DNA of 44,844 nucleotides, taken from assembly GCA_024400785.1 (NCBI GenBank), contig JAKSME010000004.1, positions 1-44,844 on the forward strand. Reading direction: 5' to 3'. The DNA is from Bacteroidales bacterium (GTDB taxonomy: Bacteria > Bacteroidota > Bacteroidia > Bacteroidales > WCHB1-69). This document shows, piece by piece, positions 34,339 to 42,440 of this stretch (its first letter is position 1; each line of letters opens with the position of its first letter). A model generated the notes under the pieces. That model saw only the letters and a program-made list of their open reading frames with translations, was not told the origin of the DNA and did not search any database. Position numbers and translations under genes: made by a program.

Positions 34339-34785
34339 TTATAAATTCTCCACCTTTTTTGTGTTCTGCTGAAGGATGGCGGCGCGGTCAACGGTGTCGA
34401 AAGTGGGTGTCACCATGATGTCGAACCAGAGTTCCTGGCCGTTGTTGCGAAGTTCGTGTTTGTCGGTAAGGCAGGCAACGGTGAATGCTGCTGTGTCGGC
34501 ATCGTTGAAACTGGCTTTGTCGATCATTTGGGCGACTTCGGTCAAACTGTTGAAGTTGAGTAATTGAACGGAGATGCGGTCGCTTTCAACGTAGAAATTG
34601 ACTGTAAAGTTGGTGAATTGCGTTTCGCTGCAGCGTTCCACGAGCGACATCAGTTCGTGCATTCCGTAAGAAATGGTGCCGAATTGTTCATCCAGATGGA
34701 AACTGTCGCAGATATTTTCTACTGCGCCGAGAATGCGATTTTGGGCATCCTGTAAAGTGAGATTTTGTAATTCAATATTATACAT
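34339..34785 (-). CDS. Hypothetical protein, probably a degenerate RsbW-like (HATPase_c_2) fold
   Basis: Size and pattern (VENICDSFHL...FGTISYGMHEL...AFTVACLTDKHELRNNGQELWFDI) resemble anti-sigma ATP-binding proteins, but the N-box Asn and DxGxG are absent. Confidence 0.55.
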   Translation of the reverse strand: MYNIELQNLTLQDAQNRILGAVENICDSFHLDEQFGTISYGMHELMSLVERCSETQFTNFTVNFYVESDRISVQLLNFNSLTEVAQMIDKASFNDADTAAFTVACLTDKHELRNNGQELWFDIMVTPTFDTVDRAAILQQNTKKVENL

Positions 34786-34795
34786 GGTAATTGAT

Positions 34796-37700
34796 TTATT
34801 CTATGTTATAAAAATACTGGTTGACTTTTTCTTTGTAATAATAATTCAGATTGGCGGGAATGGACTTTAGCATTTCGGTTTGTTGTTGCGTTTTTTTGTC
34901 CACGTTCCATTCTTTGGGCGGGTTGGGATTGATGATGTCGCGACCTTCGGTGCTTTCGCGTTTTTCGTCTTGTTCGCGTTGCATTTGGGCGCGTTCACTT
35001 TCCAACATTCGTGTTTCGATATTCTTTTGTCGTTTGATTGTTTCTGCAGTAATCTGTCTATTAACCAGTTCTTTTTCAGTTTTTTCCATATCTCGAATCA
35101 TCTGTTCAACGGCTTTATCTCCAACGCCGTTTTGTGATTTGAGAGCGTCTTCATATTCTTGCATCATCTTGCGGATGGCTTCCTGCTGAGCGGCCAGTTT
35201 TGCCAGCTGTTCGCTCATTGACTGGCCGTTATTGCCTTGTTGGTTTGGCTTTTCACCTTGTTTTTGGCCTTGTTCCATGGAGCGTTTGAGAGCCTCCATT
35301 TGCCGGTTGAGCTGTTGTTGCAGTTCACGGGCGGTTTTGGTTTTTCCTTTGCCGCCGGGATTGCTGCAAGAGCCTTTTCCGCTCTTTTTATTTTTGCAGT
35401 TTTTGCACTCACTTTGTTTCTGTTTTACCTCTTTCATCGATTCTGCCAGCATTAGTGCCAGGTTGTTCATGCTGGTCATGGCGTATTGCTGTTGGGCGAG
35501 TGCGTTTTGTACTTTTCCGTTGTTGAGGGAGGCGACAGCGGCATCGATGTAGTTGTTGATTTTGCCAACTTCTTCGTTGATAAAAGGTTTCACGGCGCTT
35601 TGGCGGCGGGCCAGCGCGTTGAGCGAGTCGGCAATCATTTCCATGTTTTCGCGGAGGTTGTGTTGCGCGCGGGTGATGTCTGTGATTTGTGAGGAGTGTT
35701 GGTTGAGCGGGCGGAGACGCTCCATGTTCTTTTCCTGGTTGAAGGAAATCTGCACCAGATTGTCCAAAATCTGTCGCAAACTCTCGATGTCTTCTTCCAA
35801 ATTCTCTTCTTCGTTGTCCAACATGTTGTCTTCCATTTTGTCGGCCATTTCTTCCATCTTTTCACCTGCATCCTGCTGACTGCCAGCCGCTTTGTTGCGG
35901 TTGTTTTTGCTCAGCGCGTCTTTGCTGTCCTTGAAGTCCTGTTCAATCTGTTTTTGCAAATCTTTCGTGTTGGCGAGTTTGTTGGGATCTTCAAGCCCTT
36001 GGTTGAGTTTTTCAAGATCATTCAAATCTTTTTTCAACTCATTATATTGTTTTTCAATATCTTGTTGCTTTTTCAGAAGTTCCTCTTTGTCAATGGCCTT
36101 TTGTTCGCTGAGTTTGGAAAGCGCCTTTTGTTCTTCGGAGAGTTTCTTGGTTTTGTCGATAATGTCGTTATATTTCTTTTCAAATTCGAGTTGCTTGAAA
36201 AGTTCAAGTTGCTGGTCAAGGGCTTTGTTGAGTTCTTCGGTGTTTTGTTTCACTTCCTGGACCGCCTTTTTCGCATCCTCTTTATTGTTTTTCTCATTGA
36301 GTTGGTCCATCATTTTTTGGAGTTTTTCATACATTTCCTTGATTTCATCCGAAAGGACGTTGTTGAAGCGTTCTTCCAGTTCCTTTTGTTTCTTGATGAG
36401 GTTTTCAGGAATGTTTTTGTATTTATCCTCCATCATATCTTGTTGATCCTGAGACTTTTTCATCTCATCGATCTGTTTTTTCAGTTCTTCGTACTGTTGG
36501 GTGAGCTCTTCCAATTTCTTTTTGTCCTGCCAGGTCATTTCTTTGTTTTGCATCATTTGTTGTTGGAGTTTGTCGATTTCCTTCAACAAATCTTTAGAAT
36601 CCTGAGCCATTTCCTGGAGGTCGTTTTTGGCTTGGCTGTTGGAATTTTCGAGTTGTTTGTCGATTTCTTCTTCCGTCATCACGCGATAAGTTTCGGTGGT
36701 GCTTCTGGCAGACTTTGGTCCATTAACTCCATCGTTATCAAATACTTGGAAGAAATAATCAATATGTTGTCCGGGGTCAAGCATGAGGGTGCCAGCATCG
36801 AAATAGTGGTAGAAGTCTTGAACGGTTAAAGAAGAGTTGACATTGATGTTTTGTACTTTGTTGGCTTCGAGCAGGTTGTTGTCTTTGTCGTATTTGGAGT
36901 AGACGAATTGGACTTTGGAGAAGCCGTAATCATCGTGGATGGTGCCTTTGAAGTAGATGCGGTCGGGGAGGACGGAGTCGGCCTGACTGATGACGGAGAT
37001 ATCGGGGTATTGGTCGGGAACGATGTTGATGTTGTGTTTGAGGGTATCGGTAGAAATGCAGAATTGGTTGTTGTTGGCGACGGCGTATCCGAAGGAGCAT
37101 CGTGCGATTTTGGAGATTTTGAAGATGCCTTTTTCGGGTTTTACGGATTCTTTTTCATCGTTGATGATGAATTGGAGGCGGTCGGTATTGCGGGTATAGA
37201 ACGACCAAGTGATTTGTGTGCCGTCGGGGATGGTGGCGTCACCGTTGTTGTCGATGGTTTCATCGTTTTTGTGGAGATATGCGGGGTAGTGGAGCGTCAT
37301 GGCGAAACTTACGATGACGGGTTTGGGGAGTACGCTGAGGGTGTATTCGGGGGTTGTGACTTCGTCGGTATAGATGTGGAATTTGGTGTCAGACTGGAGG
37401 TTTTTGAAGGTGTAGGAGAAGTGGATGTTGTCGTTTTTTGACATTTGGTATTTGCGGTTTCCGAGTTCTATGTATACCGCGTTGGGGGTTTCTTTTCCGT
37501 TGACTTTGACATTGAGGACGAAGTCTTCATTTTGGAAAGTGGAGAGTTTTTTATTTTGAACGGTAAAGGAGTAGGGTGCGGGTTTTACGTAGAATTTGTC
37601 GTGGTTGACGATGCGTTCGGTGGACTGGGTGAAGATCTCGCTGCGTACGCTGAAGATGACGACGAAAAGAAGAACGGGGATGAGTGCCCATTTTGCGTAT

Positions 37701-38170
37701 TTGCGGGTGTGCTGGAAGTTGATGGCTTTGACGAAGGGGAAGGGTTTGATTTTTTCGATTTTGGTATCGATGGCGGCGGAGAGAAGTTCAGCGCTTTTGC
37801 AGTCGCCAGCCTCTTTCATCGCTTCCAGTTGGAAGAGGTTCAGCAGCTTATCATCGATTTCAGGAAAATGTTTGCCGATGATTGAAGCGATTTGGGTGGC
37901 TGTCAGCTGTTTGCCGATGCCAAAAATCTTGAGGAGCGGGATGGCAACGTAGAAGACGAAAGTTGCGGCGAAGACCGCCAGATAGGAGTAGAAAAGGATG
38001 GAGCGGACGGTGGTGTTGAAGTAGGAGAAATATTCCAGGAGCGTGTACGTGATGAACACCATCAACGTAATGATGATGAACAGCAATGCGCCCCTAAGCA
38101 ACTTGTTTAAGTAATACTTATGGACGAATTCTTTAATCTTTTGCTTGATAAATTCCTGGTTGTTAGTCAT
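34796..38170 (-). CDS. Large membrane-anchored coiled-coil protein (DUF4175-like)
   Basis: Three N-terminal TMs, Ig-like middle (YPAYL, PDQYPDI, DDYGFS, VFDNDGVNGPK) and a Q/K/E-rich coiled coil ending YYKEKVNQYF. Start at MTNNQEF (ATG 38170). Confidence 0.8.
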   Translation of the reverse strand: MTNNQEFIKQKIKEFVHKYYLNKLLRGALLFIIITLMVFITYTLLEYFSYFNTTVRSILFYSYLAVFAATFVFYVAIPLLKIFGIGKQLTATQIASIIGKHFPEIDDKLLNLFQLEAMKEAGDCKSAELLSAAIDTKIEKIKPFPFVKAINFQHTRKYAKWALIPVLLFVVIFSVRSEIFTQSTERIVNHDKFYVKPAPYSFTVQNKKLSTFQNEDFVLNVKVNGKETPNAVYIELGNRKYQMSKNDNIHFSYTFKNLQSDTKFHIYTDEVTTPEYTLSVLPKPVIVSFAMTLHYPAYLHKNDETIDNNGDATIPDGTQITWSFYTRNTDRLQFIINDEKESVKPEKGIFKISKIARCSFGYAVANNNQFCISTDTLKHNINIVPDQYPDISVISQADSVLPDRIYFKGTIHDDYGFSKVQFVYSKYDKDNNLLEANKVQNINVNSSLTVQDFYHYFDAGTLMLDPGQHIDYFFQVFDNDGVNGPKSARSTTETYRVMTEEEIDKQLENSNSQAKNDLQEMAQDSKDLLKEIDKLQQQMMQNKEMTWQDKKKLEELTQQYEELKKQIDEMKKSQDQQDMMEDKYKNIPENLIKKQKELEERFNNVLSDEIKEMYEKLQKMMDQLNEKNNKEDAKKAVQEVKQNTEELNKALDQQLELFKQLEFEKKYNDIIDKTKKLSEEQKALSKLSEQKAIDKEELLKKQQDIEKQYNELKKDLNDLEKLNQGLEDPNKLANTKDLQKQIEQDFKDSKDALSKNNRNKAAGSQQDAGEKMEEMADKMEDNMLDNEEENLEEDIESLRQILDNLVQISFNQEKNMERLRPLNQHSSQITDITRAQHNLRENMEMIADSLNALARRQSAVKPFINEEVGKINNYIDAAVASLNNGKVQNALAQQQYAMTSMNNLALMLAESMKEVKQKQSECKNCKNKKSGKGSCSNPGGKGKTKTARELQQQLNRQMEALKRSMEQGQKQGEKPNQQGNNGQSMSEQLAKLAAQQEAIRKMMQEYEDALKSQNGVGDKAVEQMIRDMEKTEKELVNRQITAETIKRQKNIETRMLESERAQMQREQDEKRESTEGRDIINPNPPKEWNVDKKTQQQTEMLKSIPANLNYYYKEKVNQYFYNIE

Positions 38171-39248
38171 TTTCACCGTGTTCTTGCATCCATGTATAGT
38201 TATAGAAGGCGTCTTTTTGTTGTTTGAAGTATGAGTACAGCATCTTATTTTTCCCGAAGAGTTTCTTCGTAAAGAAATGTCTGCGGAATGCACCGTTCAT
38301 TTTATTCAGTTTTTTTCTTTTTTCAAAAACAGAAGCTACGCTGTTTCTGTTGGGGTGGACTTTGCGGGCAAGTTCTATTTCTTTGAGAATCAAAGAAGAA
38401 ATGGGAATTTGGACGGGACATACTTGGTCGCAGTTGCCGCAGAGCATGGCATTTTTGGTAATATGTTCGGGGTTGTTGGCGTGGTGTAGGCAGTTGTCGC
38501 GAACTATGCCGATGGGGGAAAGCTCTTTTGTGTAATTGTAGATGGGGCAGACGGTTTTGCACGCACCGCAGTCGATGCAATAGAGTGATTCACGCAAAAT
38601 GTTATTTTGCATGATTCGTGATACTCCGTTGTCATACAAGAGGATGGTGATATCTACAGATTGTTTTGCGTATTTGTCTAAGGAAGATGACATGTTTTTC
38701 TCCACCAACTGGAAGGGTTTGTTGATGAGTTTCACATCATCGGGAAGAAATTTCTGGTTTTGGTAGAAAGAGCGGACATATAAGATGGTTTCCAAATCTG
38801 CAGCACGGTTAATCATCTTGCTGATATCCAGTAAGATGAAGATGTTTGGAACGCGATTGAGGCAGTTTCTGGTGCTTTTGTTGAGCAGTACGAGGGTGCC
38901 GGTTTCAACGATGGCAAAGTCGGCCTGGGTGAAGAGGTAGGTGGCACTGGTTTTACCGCTTTCCACATCGGCGAAGTGAATCTGTTTGACTCCCTTAATG
39001 TCATGGAAACTTTCCGGTGTGTGTGTCAAATCGAAGCAAACCTTATTGTATGGTTTGTTGGGCAGCAGGTTGGAAAAGGTTTGTGTCAGTTCTTCTTCAT
39101 CAGAAATCCACAGCACTTTGAAGTTCTTGTCCTTCATTTTGCGTTCGAAGGTGATGAGTCGGTTCTCCATGTCCTCGATGAAATCATGTCGGATGATATT
39201 TGTGCAGGACAAGATGTAATCGAGCGGAGCGTTTTGTGAAATTTCCAT
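38163..39248 (-). CDS. LUD-domain, 4Fe-4S LutB/YkgF-like protein (divergent)
   Basis: TQADFAIVETGTLVL, LLYDNG, LYCIDCGACKTVCP and LCGNCDQVCPVQIP motifs. Confidence 0.75.
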   Translation of the reverse strand: MEISQNAPLDYILSCTNIIRHDFIEDMENRLITFERKMKDKNFKVLWISDEEELTQTFSNLLPNKPYNKVCFDLTHTPESFHDIKGVKQIHFADVESGKTSATYLFTQADFAIVETGTLVLLNKSTRNCLNRVPNIFILLDISKMINRAADLETILYVRSFYQNQKFLPDDVKLINKPFQLVEKNMSSSLDKYAKQSVDITILLYDNGVSRIMQNNILRESLYCIDCGACKTVCPIYNYTKELSPIGIVRDNCLHHANNPEHITKNAMLCGNCDQVCPVQIPISSLILKEIELARKVHPNRNSVASVFEKRKKLNKMNGAFRRHFFTKKLFGKNKMLYSYFKQQKDAFYNYTWMQEHGEND

Positions 39249-39251
39249 GGC

Positions 39252-39677
39252 TTACAAGTTGATTTTTTGTACTCTTCTTTCGTGTCGGCCTCCTTCGAAT
39301 TCGGTGGCGAAGAAGGTTTCTACCAGGGTGAATGCCGTGGCTTGTTCGATGAAGCGGGCGGGCATCACGAGGACATTGGCGTTGTTGTGTTGGCGTGCCA
39401 AAGCTGCAATTTCTTTGTTCCAGCAGAGGGCGGCGCGTACATTGGCGTGCTTGTTGGCGGTGATGGCGACACCGTTGCCAGTACCGCAAATCAGGATGGC
39501 GCGTGCGTTTGCATCTTGGGAAACAGCTTCGGCCAACGGATGCGCAAAGTCAGGATAATCAACACTTTCCGTTGAATGAGTCCCGAAATCTTCCCATTCA
39601 TATAGGTTGGAAAACTGTTTCTTGATGGCCTCTTTTAATTCGTAGCCAGCATGGTCTGATGCAATATATACCTTCAT
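39252..39677 (-). CDS. rpiB: Ribose-5-phosphate isomerase B
   Basis: SDHAG, SVDYPDFA, ICGTGNG, ARQHNNANVL and FEGGRHERRV motifs. A -7 box TAATTTTG lies at 39702-39709. Confidence 0.95.
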   Translation of the reverse strand: MKVYIASDHAGYELKEAIKKQFSNLYEWEDFGTHSTESVDYPDFAHPLAEAVSQDANARAILICGTGNGVAITANKHANVRAALCWNKEIAALARQHNNANVLVMPARFIEQATAFTLVETFFATEFEGGRHERRVQKINL

Positions 39678-39743
39678 AAATTTACTTTTTTAGACAATCG
39701 GCAAAATTACAAATAAAAATCCAATTACGCTGTCTCAAAAATG

Positions 39744-39773
39744 AAAAAAATCGGGTCAAAAAGCCCGATTTTT
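39744..39773. terminator. Terminator hairpin downstream of the small membrane protein gene
   Basis: AAAAATCGGG...CCCGATTTTT inverted repeat. Confidence 0.7.
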
Positions 39774-39811
39774 CTCCGAATTTTTATGCCGTTTCAAACT
39801 GGAAATTTCCC

Positions 39812-40102
39812 CTATTTCTTGTTCAACATCATCTCCTTTTTATTCTTTCCTATGTAAAGAAAATAAAGGAAAAGATCGAAACCAACGATGAGCATGTTGA
39901 AAACGTACAGCCATACCACGTAGTCGCCGGGGCAGTTGATGATTTTGTGGATGATGCCCATGATGTATCCGAAAATGATGATGCTCATGAAGATGGGACT
40001 TTTACCGATGACGATTTTGGTGCGAAGGGCCTTGACGATGGAAACGGGCCAACTGCTTGCAAAACTGAGCAGCATGAGAATTTCCCAAATACTTGATTTC
40101 AT
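39812..40102 (-). CDS. Small three-TM membrane protein (PQ-loop/SemiSWEET-like)
   Basis: EILMLLSFASSWPVSIVKALR, GKS..F...IIFGY..GI.HK and YVFN motifs; three hydrophobic segments. Confidence 0.7.
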   Translation of the reverse strand: MKSSIWEILMLLSFASSWPVSIVKALRTKIVIGKSPIFMSIIIFGYIMGIIHKIINCPGDYVVWLYVFNMLIVGFDLFLYFLYIGKNKKEMMLNKK

Positions 40103-40119
40103 GATGATTTCTTTTTGTT

Positions 40120-42279
40120 TTATCGTTTGATGATTTTTTGAGTGAACACATTCCCATTTTCGTTGATAATGTGGATGATGTAGGTGCCAATAGCGAAATC
40201 AGAAAGGTCCAAATCTGTAATTTCCCCTTCTATATTTTTAGAAATCAGCAATTTACCAAAAACGTCATAGATAAAGCACTGACCTTCGCCGCTCTCGCAT
40301 TCCACATGGCAAATGCCGGAGGTTGGATTGGGATAGACGGCGACGTCACCGGTCTCCTCTGCGTCATCGATTCCTGTGTTGGGGGTTCGGGTGATTTTGG
40401 TGGAAAGCAGGTAAGTGCCTACGGTGCCTGACACTGCGGGCCAAACCTTGTAGAGGACGGGACCGCCATTTTCCAGCGCGAAACTGCCAGAGGTGGTGTC
40501 TTGCAGCATGGCCCAGGCGGCGTTGTTGATGGAAACGCGCATTTGAATGTTTCCGGAATACTGTTGCGGGTTGTTTTGGGAATCATAAAGGGTGGATTCC
40601 ACGTTGTAGCGGTAGCCGGCCGGCAAGTCGAATTTGTAGTAGTCGAAATTGTCGCCCACGTGGATGTTGGCTCCGGTGGTGTTGATGGTGGCTTGGTTGT
40701 TGGAAAAATTGGGCGTGAAAGTGTAGGCCGTGCCGGTGGTGTTATTGTTTTCGAAACTGTCGGGATTCAGTACCACGGTGATGTCGAGGCGGTTGGAGCC
40801 ATTTCCGATACCGACGTTGGTCCATTCGGTGCTGGTGTTGGCTTTGTAATAGAGGGTGAGCTTGTAATTCCCTGGCAAAGTGGTAATTACACTGGTGAAG
40901 GTTTTGCTGTTGGTGCTGTTTCCACTAATGGTGATATTGGGATATTCTTGAATAACCTGCTTCAAAACTCCATCTTCGGTTTCGATGACCAGTTTTAAAC
41001 TGCCGTTGAAGCTGGTGTTTTTGCTGTTTCTAACGGTAGCAGTGAAGGAGTGGCTGACGCCGTGTTCGACTGTGGTTCCGGAGGCCGGGGTGATGGAAAA
41101 TGCGGAACCGAGAACCAACACGGGCGGCTGGACATCAAAGAGGGCCTGCTGGTTGTAGGAGAAATTGCCATTTCCTCCGCCCCAGCCGGTACCGCCGGGA
41201 ATGAGGGAAGAAATGGTACAATAACAATCATAACTGCCGCCCCAGCCCCAGTTGAAGTGGAACTGGTTGTTGTTGTTGTAACCGTCGCAAACAAAGCAGT
41301 GACCACTGGTATTGTCGCTGTCGAAGCCGCTATAAATAACTGGACGACTGGCATCTAACTCGGTTTTCAGCATTTGAATCCATTCGTTGTCGGTGAATTG
41401 GCTTTTGCGTTCTCCGTGAATGGCGTTGCTGTAGCCGAAGAATCTGTTCAGTGCGTGTTCGGCGCAGTAGTCGTTGTCGTAATACGAAATGGTTTGTGCG
41501 CCGGAACCATCGGGGGTATAGTTCATTTCCACGCTCACTCCGCAGTGGTACGAAATGGTGGCTACCTGGGTATTGCTGCTATAAACGGAATTGGGCATGC
41601 TGCTCCAACTGTAGGTGGTATTGCCAAAGTTGGCCGATAGTGTGGAGCCGAAGTAGGAGCAGGTGTAGGAATGGCTGCCTTGGCCTTTGGGCGGATAAGC
41701 CCAATATTTCATCACTTGTGCCATGGCCGTAGCAACGCATCCGACGGGAGATCTGTTGAAGGCGCCGCCCGGACAGAGTGCATTGTACGGACTGCCCTGG
41801 TCCCAGGTGGTGGATAGCAGCGGGCTCACCGCAGTGGGTGACTTGGGGGCGAGGGCGATGCCGGCGGACAGGGCGTTCCACTCAGCGGCCGCCGTCTCAT
41901 TTTGTGCCACCCGGCTGTCCACCGCGTGCTGGATTTCGCTATTGCAACCTTGCAACCATGCACGGAAGTTGTCGGGCACGTTGCTGACGTCGATGCGGCC
42001 GTGCTCGGCGTATCCCAGCACGGGAATGGCGCGGTCGTCGGCAGAAATGATGACGAAACCTTCGCCGTTGATGTTTTGCAGAACGTAAATTTGAGAAAAT
42101 CCCATTTGTATAGCAAGATTCTGAAATTCAATATCTTGCTGTCCATTTCTGGAAGGTGTGACGTGAAGATTCCAAAAGTTTGAAGCTAATTTTTTTGCGC
42201 GGGTGGAATCCACGGGAGAGGCAATGGCTGCCATCATGGTTAGGCATAAAATCAGGCCTAAAACGATACATTTCTTCAT
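40120..42279 (-). CDS. C10 family (streptopain/SpeB-like) cysteine protease with prodomain and T9SS C-terminal sorting domain
   Basis: Prodomain GFVIISADDRAIPVLGY; WDQGSPYN; catalytic Cys in GCVATAMAQ; catalytic His in GHCFVCDGY; FHFNWGWGG; CTD VYPNP...IYDVFGK...GTYII...KIIKR. A -7 box lies at 42318-42325. Confidence 0.93.
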   Translation of the reverse strand: MKKCIVLGLILCLTMMAAIASPVDSTRAKKLASNFWNLHVTPSRNGQQDIEFQNLAIQMGFSQIYVLQNINGEGFVIISADDRAIPVLGYAEHGRIDVSNVPDNFRAWLQGCNSEIQHAVDSRVAQNETAAAEWNALSAGIALAPKSPTAVSPLLSTTWDQGSPYNALCPGGAFNRSPVGCVATAMAQVMKYWAYPPKGQGSHSYTCSYFGSTLSANFGNTTYSWSSMPNSVYSSNTQVATISYHCGVSVEMNYTPDGSGAQTISYYDNDYCAEHALNRFFGYSNAIHGERKSQFTDNEWIQMLKTELDASRPVIYSGFDSDNTSGHCFVCDGYNNNNQFHFNWGWGGSYDCYCTISSLIPGGTGWGGGNGNFSYNQQALFDVQPPVLVLGSAFSITPASGTTVEHGVSHSFTATVRNSKNTSFNGSLKLVIETEDGVLKQVIQEYPNITISGNSTNSKTFTSVITTLPGNYKLTLYYKANTSTEWTNVGIGNGSNRLDITVVLNPDSFENNNTTGTAYTFTPNFSNNQATINTTGANIHVGDNFDYYKFDLPAGYRYNVESTLYDSQNNPQQYSGNIQMRVSINNAAWAMLQDTTSGSFALENGGPVLYKVWPAVSGTVGTYLLSTKITRTPNTGIDDAEETGDVAVYPNPTSGICHVECESGEGQCFIYDVFGKLLISKNIEGEITDLDLSDFAIGTYIIHIINENGNVFTQKIIKR

Positions 42280-42371
42280 TGAGTTTTCTTTTTTTGTTTT
42301 TGCTAAAAAATGAGCGGCAAAAATACAAAAATTGTTAGGGAGGTCGGACTATTAAATTGAAAAAAATGTTA

Positions 42372-42379
42372 TACTTTTG
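42372..42379 (+). promoter_or_regulatory. -7 box (TACTTTTG) upstream of mutS2
   Basis: Matches TAnnTTTG, followed by CA. Confidence 0.6.
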
Positions 42380-42440
42380 CAGACTCAATTTTGAACATTT
42401 AAATCTTTAATTTTCAAACAGCTAACGGCTTTTCGCCTCC

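Noticed and set aside
35696-37885. Long plus-strand hydrophobic ORFs (377, 184, 196 and 146 aa)
   Set aside because: Antisense shadows of the K/E/Q-rich DUF4175-like gene; the Phe/Leu richness mirrors AAA/GAA codons.
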